Of a DNA stretch of 64,000 nucleotides, positions 12,021-24,768 are shown in pieces. Position 1 is the stretch's first letter, and each line of letters opens with the position of its first letter. Origin of the DNA: Octopus vulgaris (taxonomy: Eukaryota); NCBI GenBank assembly GCA_951406725.2, contig OX597819.1, forward strand, positions 122,326,001 through 122,390,000. Reading direction: 5' to 3'. Under the pieces are notes generated by a model. The model saw nothing but the letters and a program-made list of their open reading frames with translations. It ran no database searches and was not told the origin of the DNA. The position numbers were made by a program, and so were the translations under genes.

Positions 12021-12564
12021 TTTATAATTATATACATAATTATAACAAGGGATTGGCTATGAGCCTCACCACACGCTATAAAAATAGACGCCAAAAGATA
12101 CTATTACCACCTTAAAATCTCTGAGAATAACACACCACATTTTAGGCTAGCAAAAGAAAGAAAATGAATCAAAACTCTCAGTAATATTGTCTTTTGGCGC
12201 TTATTTTTAGTGGGTAGTGAGGCGTAAAGCCAATCCCTTGTTATAATTATGTATATAATTATAAAATATTTTGTAAAATTTACCTATGAGGTTTTTAATT
12301 CCACGCTTACCACCTGGTAGAATCATTAATGATCTTTACCCTTTATTATAATATAAATATATATATTTATTTGGAAAGTGCATTATGTACGCTAACTATG
12401 AAAACATATGATTTGCGGCTGAATCTGTATTTAAGAGATGATTTCCAAGTTGCATTCCCTTTCTGTTTGTACACTGTATATTTATTATGGTAGTTTTGAC
12501 TTTAAGAGTCCCTGATAGCATGAGGCATTTATGTGTAGTAATGCCTTTAATATAATAAATGTAT

Positions 12565-12990
12565 AGGCGCAGGAGTGGCTGTGTGGTAAGTAGCTTGCTA
12601 ACCAACCACATGGTTCCGGGTTCAGTCCCACTGCGTGGAATCTTGGGCAAGTGTCTTCTGCTATAGCCTCGGGCTGATCAATGCCATGTGAGTGGATTTG
12701 GTAGACGGAAACTGAAAGAAGCCTGTCGTATATATGTATATATATATATATATGTATGTGTATGTGTGTTTATGTGTCTGTGTTTGTCCCCCTAGCATTG
12801 CTTGACAACCGATGCTGGTGTGTTTACATTCCCATCACTTAGCGGTTCGGCAAAAGAGACCGATAGAATAAGTACTGGGCTCACAAAGAATAAGTCCCGG
12901 GGTCGATTTGCTCGACTAAAGGCAGTGCTCCAGCATGGCCGCAGTCAAATGACTGAAACAAGTAAAAGAGTAAAAGAGTAAAGAGAGTAT
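12565..12990 (+). mobile_element. Full-length SINE family A
   Basis: tRNA-like head, internal (TA)/(TG) tract, (GTAAAAGA)n tail. Confidence 0.9.
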
Positions 12991-13081
12991 TTAAAGAGAA
13001 TAATTATACATTTTTTCCCTTACATGGTTTTCATGCTGACTACTTGATAAGTTCTTATATAGATTTTATCCTATATTTAAT

Positions 13082-13119
<38 letters not shown>

Positions 13120-13120
<1 letters not shown>

Positions 13121-13348
13121 GGTAATCTCTCAACTATCGTGGGTGTTATGTTTCAAAACACCCCATGATAGGTGGAAATCTGTGAAGTAGAAATAGTACT
13201 GTACTGTATATATTTTTTATTATCGTTTTTATAATTTGCATAAATTTATTTATTTCATTGCAAATGCAAAACAACACCACGAAGGAATCAGTGTAAGCTT
13301 AAATGATAAACCGCAATAGGTGAACTGCGATATGGAAAGGGATTACTG
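13120..13348. mobile_element. pogo/Tigger-like MITE
   Basis: Same family as 10612-11093; right end GGGATTACTG-TA. Confidence 0.75.
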
Positions 13349-13689
13349 TACTGCCTGTCTCACTGTACATGCTGCAGGGAAGAGTAAGCCTTTTATTAGA
13401 TAACTATAGACCATAAAGTTACATCATCATCATCATCACCATCATCATTATCATCCCCATCCCCACCACCATCATCATCATCATCATGATCAATCTTTGG
13501 ACATGTCTGTCTTGAGTCCTAAGACTCGCAGGGCCGGTTACCCAGTTTCCATGGCGCACAAACACCTGAGATCGCAACACTCCTGCTGAATGGGGCCTTG
13601 GTCCACCACATGCCAAATTGTTTACAGCTGAGTGAACTGGAACAATGTGACACAAACAGTCTTGCCCAAGAACACAACTCTTCACCTAG

Positions 13690-14440
13690 TCTCTTCTACT
13701 CTAGACACAAGGCCCGAAATCTTTGGGGAGGGAGGGCCATTCAATTAGATCAACCCAGTATACAACTGGTACTTAATTTATCAACCCTGAAAGGATGAAA
13801 GGCAAAGTCGACCTTGATGGAATTTGAACTCAGAACATAAAGACTGATGAAATACCTATTTCTTTACTACCCACAAGGGGCTAAACACAGAGGGGACAAA
13901 CAAGGACAGACAAACGGATTAAGTCGATTAGATCGACCCCAGCGTGTAACTGGTACTTATTTAATCAACTCCGAAAGGATGAAAGGCAAAGTCAACCTCT
14001 GTGGAATTTGAACTCAGAACGTAGCGGCAGATGAAATACCTATTTCTTTCCTACCCACAAGGGGCTAAACATAGAGGGGACAAACATGTATAGACAAACG
14101 GATTAAGTCGATTACATTGACCCCAATGCGTCACTGTTACTTAATTTATCAACCCCGAAAGGATGAAAGGTAAAGTCGACCTCGGTGGATTTTGAACTCA
14201 GAATGCACCGGCGGACGAAATACCTATTTCTTCACTACCCACAAGGGGCTAAACACAGAGGAGACAAACAAGGACAGACAAAGGGATTAAGTCGATTATA
14301 TCAACCCCAGTGCATAACTGGTACTTATTTAATTGACCCCGAAGGGATGAAAGGCAAAGTCGACCTCGGTAGAACTTGAACTCAGAACGTAATGGCAGAC
14401 GGCATTCTTCCGGCATGCTAACGTTTCTGCCAGCTTGCCA
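13690..14440 (-). mobile_element. Tandem multimer of SINE family B (184-bp period)
   Basis: Junction AATACCTATTTC at 13851, 14035 and 14219; inserted into another tRNA SINE (13490-13690 plus 14445-14530). Confidence 0.85.
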
Positions 14441-14669
14441 CTTTGACAACTCATCACCTAGTCTGGGAACAAAACCCCACAATCTTGTGATCATGAGTAG
14501 AACACCCTAACCACTAAGCTATGAGCCTTTGTGGAATTATATAAAGCAGTGCTTCTTAAACTTCTTTCATTCATGACCCTGCTTTTCACCACGAGATTTT
14601 TCGTGATCCGAGCTATTAAATATGAAATATAAACATACAAATATATACATAAATCATTAATAATAATTA

Positions 14670-15022
14670 GTGGGGGAGCATCATAGCCATGTGTTGAGGG
14701 GGATTCTTTGGGGTTTGAATAATTCACCTCTGGAAACATGGGTGGTTTTTTCAACATCCTTAAACAACCCTTATTCAGGGACCGTTTGAGCGGGATGGGC
14801 TACTCAACCTGAAGAAAATTCTAACTGGGCCCCACCTGCAAGGTCATGTGCTGTTTATCTTGATATGAGATCACCGTGTCGCACACATGTGGTTGTGATG
14901 CATGTGCCTGGTGTACCCTTATCAGACGGGTAGTCATGATGGGTATATTGGGCTTCGTATATTTTACCCCGGTGTCACTTTGATGGCATGAACTGCTCTC
15001 TCACTCAATAATAATAATAATA
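14670..15022 (+). mobile_element. (TAA)n-tailed non-autonomous retroelement, 5'-truncated
   Basis: Matches 52206-52764(+) and 57535-57945(-); ends CTCTCTCACTC(AAT)n. Confidence 0.8.
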
Positions 15023-15071
15023 ACATTGAAAAATACTTTAGGAATGAGAACCAGGTTTGAAATTGCCCCAA

Positions 15072-15117
15072 AACACCTGATGAAGGCAGGAGGGTATATC
15101 AGCTGAAACATTGTGTT
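15072..15117 (+). ncRNA. Degenerate minimal type I hammerhead ribozyme
   Basis: AACAC-CTGATGA-A-GGCAG..CAGCT-GAAA-CAT-T-GTGTT; stem I AACAC/GTGTT pairs; CpG-type changes in stems II and III. Confidence 0.6.
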
Positions 15118-15510
15118 AACAACAAACAAGGTGAGGACTAATATCTATCAAATGTAAATAATGTAAAATTCAAGTCTTTGAATTTATTCTTCGTGACCCC
15201 ATTTGAGGTCATGACCCATAGTTTAAGAAGCGTTGATATAAAGGATGAGGAAATGATAGAGGAAGAGTGGAATTATATTTACCATAGAATTATAATCATG
15301 GTCGTTATTTAATGACCATTCTAAGGTGGTAAGCTGGCAGAATCGTTAGAGCGCCGGCTGAAATGCTTTGCGGTATTTTGCCCATTGCTATGTCCTCAGT
15401 TCAAATTCAACAGAGGTTGACTTTGCCTTTCATCCTTTTGGGGTTGATAAATTAAGTACCCTGCCCCTAAAATTTCTAGCCTCATGCCTATAGTAGAGAG
15501 GATTATTTAA

Positions 15511-15730
15511 CCCTTTCGTTACTGTATTTATTTTGAGATGCTTTGTGTTTCTTCCATTTATTTTAAATATAACAAAGAATTTAGTAAAATAACTTAGTTA
15601 TCATTCAGCTAGTGTTAAGTACATAAATTGTGACTAAGGTTTGGTGGAAGGTTTTAATTCAAAACTTATGAAAACAAGACATTTGTACTCAGAGCCAGAG
15701 CCGGTTTCAGCCGGGTTGGTAACAAAAGGG
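15511..15730. mobile_element. Solo 220-bp piggyBac-type MITE
   Basis: TTAA-CCCTTTCGTTAC...GTAACAAAAGGG-TTAA. Confidence 0.9.
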
Positions 15731-16129
15731 TTAATGATTATGTACCATGCTGGCATCGACTGGATGGTTTGACAGGATGCAACAAGTTTGAAGGATGCAC
15801 CATGTACCAATGTCTGCTCTAACAAGGTTTCAACAGCCTGATGACCAACTGCTTCACTGTGTGTACCAGGTACTGTTTCCATGGCCCCTGCGCTAGTGAG
15901 ATAGTCATGCAGCCTGTAGGACTATGATCTCCTTCAACTGAGAGGAGTTACAGTAGAGAGTGAAGCAGCTTTAGGGAATGGTCTGAGGGGTTAAAGTGAG
16001 AGAAAATGGAACAGAGAAGTTTTTTTTTTTTTTTTGTAGAGGAACTACATGGTTACTTAGATTATAAAAGAGAAGGTAGGAGCGGCCAGGGTGGAGTTGG
16101 AAAAAGAGAAAAATAATGATGAGGAATCT

Positions 16130-17445
16130 GGGTGGACCTCAAGATATGGGGTGAGTAGAAGAGAAAGGGCAGGGCAGGAGAACAATGTGTGGGTGGGTGG
16201 ACCTCAAGATATGAGGTGAGTAGAAGAGAAGGTGTGGGGCAGGAGAACAATATTTGTGGGAGGATCTCAAGATATGAGGTGAGTAGAAGAGAAGGGGCAG
16301 GGCAGGAGAACAATATGTGTGGGTGGGTGGACCTCAAGATATGAGGTGAGTAGAAGAGAAGGGGTGGGGCAGGAGAATAATATTTGTGGGTGGACCTCAA
16401 GATATGAGGTGAGTAGAAGAGAAGGGGCAGGGCAGGAGAACAATATGTGTGGGTGGGTGGACCTCAAGATATGAGGTGAGTAGAAGAGAAGGGGTGGGGC
16501 AGGAGAACAATATGTGTGGGTGGGTGGACCTCAAGATATGAGGTGAGTAGAAGAGAAGGGGTGGGGCAGGAGAACAATATGTGTGGGTGGGTGGACCTCA
16601 AGATATGAGGTGAGTAGAAGAGAATGGGTGGGGCAGGAAAACAATATGTGTGGGTGGGTGGACCTTAAGATATGAGGTGAGTAGAAGAGAAGGGGCAGGG
16701 CAGGAGAACAATATGTGTGGGTGGGTGGACCTCAAGATATGTGGTGAGTAGAAGAGAAGGGGTGGGGCAGGAGAACAATATTTGTGGGTGGACCTCAAGA
16801 TATGAGGTGAGTAGAAGAGAAGGGGTGGGGCAGGAGAACAATATTTGTGGGTGGACCTCAAGATATGAGGTGAGTAGAAGAGAAGGGGCAGGGCAGGAGA
16901 ACAATATGTGTGGGTGGGTGGACCTCAAGATATGTGGTGAGTAGAAGAGAAGGGGTGGGGCAGGAGAACAATATTTGTGGGTGGACCTCAAGATATGAGG
17001 TGAGTAGAAGAGAAGGGGCAGGGCAGGAGAACAATATGTGTGGGTGGGTGGACCTCAAGATATGAGGTGAGTAGAAGAGAAGGGGCAGAGCAGGAGAACA
17101 ATATGTGTGGGTGGGTGGACCTCAAGATATGAGGTGAGTAGAAGAGAAGGGGTGGGGCAGGAGAACAATATTTGTGGGTGGACCTCAAGACATGAGGTGA
17201 GTAGAAGAGAAGGGGTGGGGCAGGAGAACAATATGCATGGGTGGGTGGACGTTGAGACATGAGGTGAGTAGAAGAGAAGGGGTGGAGCAGGAGAACAATA
17301 TGCATGGGTGGGTGGACCTTGAGGCATGAGGTGAGTAGAAGAGAAGGGGTAGGGCAGGAGAACAATATGCATGGGTGGGTGGACCTCAAGACATGAGGTG
17401 AGTAGAAGAGAAGGGGCAGGGCAGGAGAACAATATTTGTGGTGGG
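16130..17445. repeat. G-rich minisatellite, ~20 units of mostly 63 or 67 bp
   Basis: GGACCTCAAGATATGAGGTGAGTAGAAGAGAAGGGG..GGGCAGGAGAACAATAT repeated from 16136 to 17383. Confidence 0.97.
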
Positions 17446-17514
17446 TAGATATTGCAAAAGTGTATGGGGAGAGTAGGAGGGAAACATGCAAATGACAGGT
17501 TGAATTATCATTAT

Positions 17515-17905
17515 CTTTTACTTTTTTGAGTCATTTGACTGTGGCCATGCTGGGGCACCACCTTGAAGAACTTTAGTCGAAAGAATTGACCCCAGGATTT
17601 TTCGTTTGTTTTTAAGCATAGTACTCATTCTGTTGATCTCTCTTGCCAAACCACTAAGTTACGAGGATGTAAATAAACCAACATTGGTTGTCAAGCAATG
17701 GTGGGGGACATAGAGACACAAGGACATTAACACACACATACACATCCGACAGGCTTCTTCTAGTTTCTGTCTACCAAATCCACTCACGTGGCTTTGGTTA
17801 GCCCGAGGCTATAGCAGAAGACACTTGCCCAAGGTGCCACACAGTGAGACTGAACCCAGAACTATGTGTTTGGGAAGCAAGCTACTTACCACATAGTCAT
17901 GCTTA
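17515..17905 (-). mobile_element. SINE family A copy, CpG-decayed
   Basis: Reverse complement of family A. Confidence 0.85.
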
Positions 17906-19664
17906 TGGTTGAGGAAAAAAATTAATAGATTAAAAAGAGAATGAAAATTTTATTTTTTATAAAAAGTAAAATTGTTTCTGTTTTTTTTTTTTTTTTCCTA
18001 ATTGAAAGTTAAAATAAAAAATAACTCTATAATGAAATTTGTATTTTGCAGAAATACAAATTATCATTATTTTATATTAAAAAAAAACCAAAAGTTTATA
18101 ATGAAACATTTTGTATATTACAGAAGTGAAAAAAAAAAAAAAAAAACCCCAGGTAAATGATATTACAGTTATAAAAATTTATGCTTACAGAAATGAAAAT
18201 TAATTTTTCTATTAGAAAAAAAATATTACAAATAAAAAAAAGTCTGCTGTCCAAGAAATGAAAGTTAATTTTTTAATTAGAACTTTAAAAAGGTCATAAA
18301 TAAAATTTGTATTGCCATGGGATGAACAATAATTTCCCAAATTAAAAAAAAAAAAAAGTTATACTGCAAATTTTATCTTTTACAGAAAGGAAAATCAATA
18401 AGTATCTAAGTATATGAAACATGGTGTGAATAACTGACTCGCTGTCTGTCTGGCTTTCTTTGTCTCTGTCGTTTGTCTCCAGCATCTTATTCAACTTCTG
18501 TCTGTCCATCTTGGAAGGACGAGAAGAAATTAATAAAGGAAAATTGCCATAAGAAAAATTAGTATTAAACAGACATACAGAGTGTGTCATTAAAATTTTG
18601 ATGATGGCAACATTGTGTAACATATTATTAATGTGACTTTGTGACATCATTACCAATCCATAATTTTTGACAGTACTTGTACGCTTGAATTTCAAATAAC
18701 TCTAAATGTCAACTGTAAACATTTCTTTTTTTTAATATTCCTTGCCTGAAATTGAAGATCTTATATACAATCCTGTCGTCATCATCATCATCATCTTCAT
18801 CCTTTTTTCCATGTTGGTATGGATTGGATGATTTGATAAGAACTGGCAAGCCGCAAGTCTATGCTAAGTTCTACTATCATTTTTGGCATGGTTTCTATGA
18901 CTAGATACACTTCCTAATGCCAACCGTGTCCAGGGTGCATTTTTCAAGGCACCAGCAGGATCACCAAGTAACTTGCAAGACAAAACTAAGACCCCGTCAC
19001 ATACAATAATTCTAACACACACACACAGATGGTTATAAAACAGGCTGTGAATGCAGTGGACGCAGGTTAGAAAGAAAGAAAGAAAGCTAGCATGTTCCAC
19101 TGGAAGCGAAATATCAATGTGCATGTATAAACCACCATCCAAATGTGGCCTATGCCAGTGTTGCCTGACTGGCTCCCATGCCAGTGGCATGTAAAAAGCA
19201 CCCACTACACTCTCGGAGTGGTTGGCATTAGGAAGGTTATCCAGCTGTAGAAACACTGTCAGATCAGATTGGAGCCTGGTGTGGCCTCCTGGCTTGCCAG
19301 TCCACAGTCAAACCGTCCAACCCATGCCAGCATGGAAAACGGAGGTTAAATGATGATGATGATGATATATATACACACACATACAAGCATATATATATAT
19401 ATATATATATACACAAACACACGCACACATATATGTATATCTTTTATCTGTTACAGTCATTAGATTGCAGCCATCCTGGGCCACCACCTTGAAGAATTTC
19501 TCGAATGAATTGACCCCAGTGTTATTTTTTAAAGATTGGTGCTTATTCTCTGGCCAAACAGTTAAGTTATGAGGATGTAAACAAACTAATGCCAAATAGT
19601 GGGGAGACACAAACACATACATACACACACACACATACACATATATATATGAAATAAATGCGCC

Positions 19665-19905
19665 CTTTTAAAGCCTAGCCAGGCTCATGGGCCCAGTCTC
19701 CCGGTTTCAATGGCGTATGTGTTCCCCAGCTGGACGGGACGCCATTCCATCGCAGCGTTACTCATTTTTGCCAGCTGAATGGACTGGAGCAACGTGAAAT
19801 GAAGTGTTTTTCTCAAGAACACAACACGTCGCCCGGTCCAGGAATTGAAACCACAATCTTACAATCATGATGCTGACACCCTAACCACTAAGCCATGCAC
19901 CTCCA
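19665..19905 (-). mobile_element. tRNA-derived SINE with a V-domain-like segment
   Basis: Minus strand GGAGGTGCATGGCTTAGTGGTTAGGG...GGTTTCAATTCC head and CTGCGATGGAATGGCGTCCCGTCCAG motif. Confidence 0.7.
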
Positions 19906-19910
19906 CATAT

Positions 19911-22900
19911 ATCATCATTGTTTAACGTCTGTTTTCCATGCTAGCATGAGTTGGATGGTTCGACCGGGGTCTGGGAAGCCAGGAGGCTGCACCAGGCTCC
20001 AGTCTGATCTGGCAGTGTTCCTATTGCTGGAGGTCCTTCCTAATGCCAACCACTCCGTGAGTGTAGTGGGTGCTTTTTACGTGCCACCAGCACAGGTGTT
20101 AGGGGAGGCTGGCATAAGCCACGATCGGTTGGTGCTTTTTACGTACCACCAGCACGGAAGCCAGTCAAGGTACAGATGGTGCTTTTAACGTGCCACCGGC
20201 ACAGGTATCACAACTACAATTTCCATTTGATTTTTTTTTTTGATGTTGATGTACTTGACTCAATAGGTCTCCTCATGCACAGCAAGCCGTCCTGCGATCC
20301 AAGGCAGTTTGGATGGGCTGGGGTTTCTACGTGAAGCTGGTGCAGGAAACAGCCATGAACTCATGTTATTTGTCAGGTCTTCGCAGTCACAGCATATCTC
20401 CAGAGGTCTCAGTCTTTTGTCATTGCCTCTGTGAAACCCAACGTTCGAAGATCATGCTTGACCACCTTATCCTATGTCTTCCTGGGTCTACCTCTACCCC
20501 GGATTCCTTCAACTGTTTGGGAGTGACACTTCTTCACGCATCTCTCCTCATCCATCCATAGTACATGACCATACCAGCGCAGACGTCTCTCTTGCATGCC
20601 ACATCCAATGCTTCTTATGTCCAGCATTTCTCTCAGGGCACTTACACTCTGTCGTGTGTGCACACTAACATTACACATCCAGCGGATCATGCTAGCTTCA
20701 TTTCTTTCGAGCCTATGCATGTCCTCTGCAGTCACAGCCCATGTTTCACTATCATGAAGCATGGCAGTTCACACACATGTGTCATACAATCTACCTTTCA
20801 TTCAGAGCAAGAGACCCTTTGTCACCAGTAGGGGCAGGAGCTTTCTAAACTTTGCCTAGGCTATTCTTATTCTAGTGGTAACACTTTCTGAGCATCGACC
20901 CCCACTACTAACTTGGTCACCTAGGTAGCGGAAACTATCAACTACTTCTAGTTTCTCCCCAGGAGTGTAATGGAATCTGTTTTCTGAGTATCAATGGTGT
21001 CTATTGCACCTGTGCATCTGCTGCAGACGAAAGCTATCTTCTCGGTTAATTTTCCTTTGATGGTGCTGCACTTCTTATGTGTCCATAGCTTACACTGGGT
21101 ACATCTTATGGAGTTTCTACCTACACCTTTTCTACAGATTGAGCAGGGCCACCTACCTGAAGGGGTGTGTGGTGTGTTTGCCTTCCTAGTTACTAGGACT
21201 TTGGTCTTTGCTACATTGACTCTAAGGCCTTTTGATTCTAAACCTAGCTTCCACACCCGAAATTTCTTCTCTAGTTCCAGTAGTGATTCTGCTATGAGGG
21301 CCAGGTCATCAGCATAGAGAAGGCCCCAGGGGCAACCCGTCTTGAATTCCTCTGTTATTGCCTGGAGGACTATGATGAATAAAAGGGTACTGAGGGCTGA
21401 ACCTTGGTGGACCCCTACTTCTACCAGGAACTTTTCACTATACTCATTGCCAATCCTAACCTTGCTGACGGCCTCTCTGTATGGGGTCTGTACAGCCCTT
21501 ATTAACCATTCGTCAATCTCCAGTTTCCACATTGCCCACCAGAAAGGGATCGGGGGACCTTGTCAAAGGCTTTCTCCAAGTCCACAAAAGCTAAGTATAG
21601 GGGTTTATCTTTGGCTAGGTATTTCTCCTGCAGTTGTCGAACCAGGAATATGGCATCAGTGGTGCTTCTACCCGGCACAAAACCAAACTGCATCTCATCT
21701 AAGCAAACTCTCTCCCTAATGAGATGGGCTATGACCCTCTCTGTGACCTTCATCACCTGATCCAACAGTTTAATACCTCTGTAGTTATTTCTATCTAGAG
21801 CATCACCTTTACCCTTGTAGCAGTTGACTATGGTGCTGCTATGCCAGTCATTGGGTATGACTCCATTATGAACTACCTGGTTTACAATGCGGGTGACTAG
21901 GCCATAGCCCACACCACCAGATGTTTTAAGCATCTCAGCAGTGATTCCTGATGGGCCGAGGGGCTTTTCCTGGCTTCATACCCTTAATTGCTTTATCTAC
22001 TAGGGAGATGTCTATTGGGATAGCTGGTCCCTCTACTGGGTCAACATTTGGCAGGCTCTCCTCCTCCCATTCATTCTCCACTCAGCAGTCTTTCATAATG
22101 GCTTCTCCAAGCCTCTTTCTTTTCACCAACATTAAAAGCAAGTGCACCATCATCCATGCGGACACATTTATCTCCTGTGACATCACAATTTTCTCTCACA
22201 CACTGTCTCAATTCTTTGGTCTTCACATCGCTGGACATTGGTAAACTTCTTCTTTTCTGCTTCACCCTTGGCTATGTATACCTGCCGCTCAGCCTCCCCT
22301 CCGGCTACCTGGTACAGTTTCCTGCTGCCCCAACCCTTCCAAGCTTTCCAGGCCTGTTTCTTTACACTAACGGCTTTGTCTACTGCACTATTCCACCACC
22401 ACTTTACTCTAGGTCTGGAAGGGACTTTGCACCATCCACAGACCTGGTCTGTGGCACTCAGCAAGCTGTCCCATAGGAATTTCCAGCCGCCTGTAGCTCC
22501 TCCTCCCTCTCCTCAAATTCTTGATGAAGATGTCCCTAAATCTCTGCCCATGTGAAGGGTTCTTTAGCTTCCAAATCCTTCTTTCCTGGATTGGTCTGCT
22601 TCTTGGTATCCTTCTGGCCTCGAGCCTAAAGTCACTAATAACTAGCCTATGCTGTGAGGTACATTCTTCACCTGGGAGTGTCTTTGTATTTAAGAGCAAC
22701 CCTCCATCCCACTGTCTGGTGAGGATGAAATCAATCTGGCTAGCAGAGTCCCCTGATTGGTAGGTTATAAGGTGGCTGTCTGGCTTCCTGAAGTTAGTCT
22801 TGCAGATTAAAAGGTTACATGCATCTCAGAATTTCAGTAGCCTAGTTCCTTCATCGTTTCGGGTGCCAATACCATGGCCACTGTGTACCCCAGTGAAGAT

Positions 22901-22915
22901 ACCCGAAATGCCCAT
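19911..22915 (-). pseudogene. Decayed RTE-clade LINE: AP-endonuclease C-terminus, reverse transcriptase, PHD-like finger, C-terminus and 3' UTR
   Basis: Frameshifted ORFs with QIDFIL/SQHRLV (APE), NYRGIKLL, QFGFVPGRST, AFVDLEKAFD, VHQGSALS, LYADD and RLRWYGH; (GAT)n tail. Confidence 0.95.
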
Positions 22916-22938
22916 TAAAGTCTCCAGCCACAAAGATG

Positions 22939-22983
<45 letters not shown>

Positions 22984-23195
22984 AGCTTCTTTCAGTTTCT
23001 GTCTAGCAAAGCCACTCACAAGGCTTCAGTTGAAGAAATTTGCCCAAGGTGCCATGCTGTAGGACTGAACTCAGAACCATGTAGTTGAGAAGCAAGCTTC
23101 TTACCATGTAACCACGCACACACACACACATATATATGGATTTCTTGAAGCTCACTTTCTTCCTACACCTTGACCCTTGGATCTCTCTCTCTCTC

Positions 23196-23229
<34 letters not shown>

Positions 23230-23232
<3 letters not shown>

Positions 23233-24022
23233 TGAAGATAGTTGGGTGCAAAAGTGCCACACCCTAGCAGTTGAGGGAACCTGTGGAAGAGTTAGACCCA
23301 GGAAATCCTGGGACGAGGTGGTGAAGCATGACCTTCGAACTTTAGGTCTCACCAAGGAAATGACTAGAGACCGAGACCTATGGAAGTATGCTGTGCGTGA
23401 GAAGACCTGGAAAGACTAGTGAAACTATAACCCATGGCCTCTACCTGGTATGTAGCCAGTGGACTTATACATACCTTTCCTTCTTGGGACACAAAACTCC
23501 ACTTGTGAAGACCCGTTGAGGCAAGTGAAAATCAAAATCAAAAATCAAAATCAAACCAAATCAAATCAGATATCAGAAAGCAGAACCAAAATCGAAGTCG
23601 ATCAACATCAATGGAAATTGCAGCTGTGATACCAGTGCCGGTGACAAGTAAGCGAACCATCCGATCGTGGCCGTTGCCATCACTGCCCCGACTGGCCTCC
23701 GTGCCGGTGGCACGTGAAAAGCACCATCCGTTCGTGGCCGTTGCCAGCCTCGCCTGGCCCCCATACCGGTGGCACGTAAAAAGCACCATCCATCCGTGGC
23801 TGACAAACGTCAGCTCCATCTGGCACCTGTGCGGGTGGCACGTAAAAGGCACCCACTACACTCACAGAGTGGTTGGCGTTAGGAAGGGCATCCAGCCGTA
23901 GAAACACTGCCAGATCAGACTGGGCCTGATGCAGCCTTCTGGCTTCACAGACCCCAGTTGAACCGTCCAACCCATGCTAGCATGGAAAGCGGACGCTAAA
24001 TGATGATGATGATGATGATGAT
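23230..24022 (+). pseudogene. 5'-truncated RTE LINE, opposite orientation to the 19.9-22.9 kb copy
   Basis: EDSWVQKCHTLAVEGTCGRVRPRKSW..., then hairpin-repeat 3' UTR and (GAT)n. Confidence 0.9.
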
Positions 24023-24484
24023 ATATATATATAGATAGATAGATAGCGAGAGAGACAGATGGACGCAGGTGTGGCTGTGTGGTAAAAAGCTTGCATCCCA
24101 ACCATATGGTCCCAGGTTCAGCTCCATTAGAGCCTCAAGCTGACAAAAGCCTTGAGTGAATGAAGCCTGTCGTTTATGCGTATACCTGTACGTACACCTG
24201 TGTGTATCTTTGTGCCCTGCACCGCCACTTGGCAACCGTCTTGGTGTGTTCACGTCCCCCGTAACGTAGCGGTTCGGCAAAAAGAAACCGATAAAATAAG
24301 TATCAGGCTTAAAATAAATATGTACTGGGTTCGATTCATTCAACTAAAAGTTTTTCAAGGCGGTGCTCCAGCATGGCGGGAGTCTAATGATTGAAACAGG
24401 TAAAAGATAAAAAAATAACCAAATTCACTCACAAACGACCGGTCCAGAGTGTCGCATGTATAATCAACCCCAATCTACGGTACC

Positions 24485-24768
24485 ACTTAAAAAGAGTGGT
24501 CCCGGTGCGCGCACTCGCGTTAGCTAGTCGATCCTACAACGACTACCTAGCAAAGTAAGTAAAACAAAAAATAAATTATTATTTTTTTTACACAAGTGCT
24601 CCAGCATGGCCGCAGTCAAATGACTGAAACAAATAAAAGAGTAAATAATTTTTTTTAAAACAAAGTAAATACAACACAAAAACACAAAGTAAGGATCAAC
24701 AAGTCACGACTAGCTAGCGCGGTTGCACGAGTACGCGAGTGCGCGCACCGGGACCACTCTTCTTAAGT
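24485..24768. mobile_element. MITE with ~36-bp GC-rich TIRs
   Basis: ACTTAAAAAGAGTGGTCCCGGTGCGCGCACTCGCGT versus the reverse complement of 24733-24768 (1 mismatch); TTAA at both ends followed by purines, possibly Kolobok-like. Confidence 0.8.

Larger units (their letters stand above)
14547..15235. mobile_element. hAT-type MITE with nested insertions
   Basis: 8-bp TSD ATATAAAG (14539-14546, 15236-15243); TIR CAGTGCTTCTTAAACT / AGTTTAAGAAGCGTTG. Confidence 0.85.

Noticed and set aside
16062-17491. Repetitive ORFs (HILRSTH.. / LLTSYLEVH..)
   Set aside because: Products of the minisatellite; 67-bp units shift the frame and stop codons recur.
18650-18745. Selenocysteine read-through if exon 25156 splices to 18745 (..RQGILKKRNVYS*HLELFEIQ..)
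   Set aside because: No selenoprotein motif or SECIS identified; a uORF or chance is more likely.
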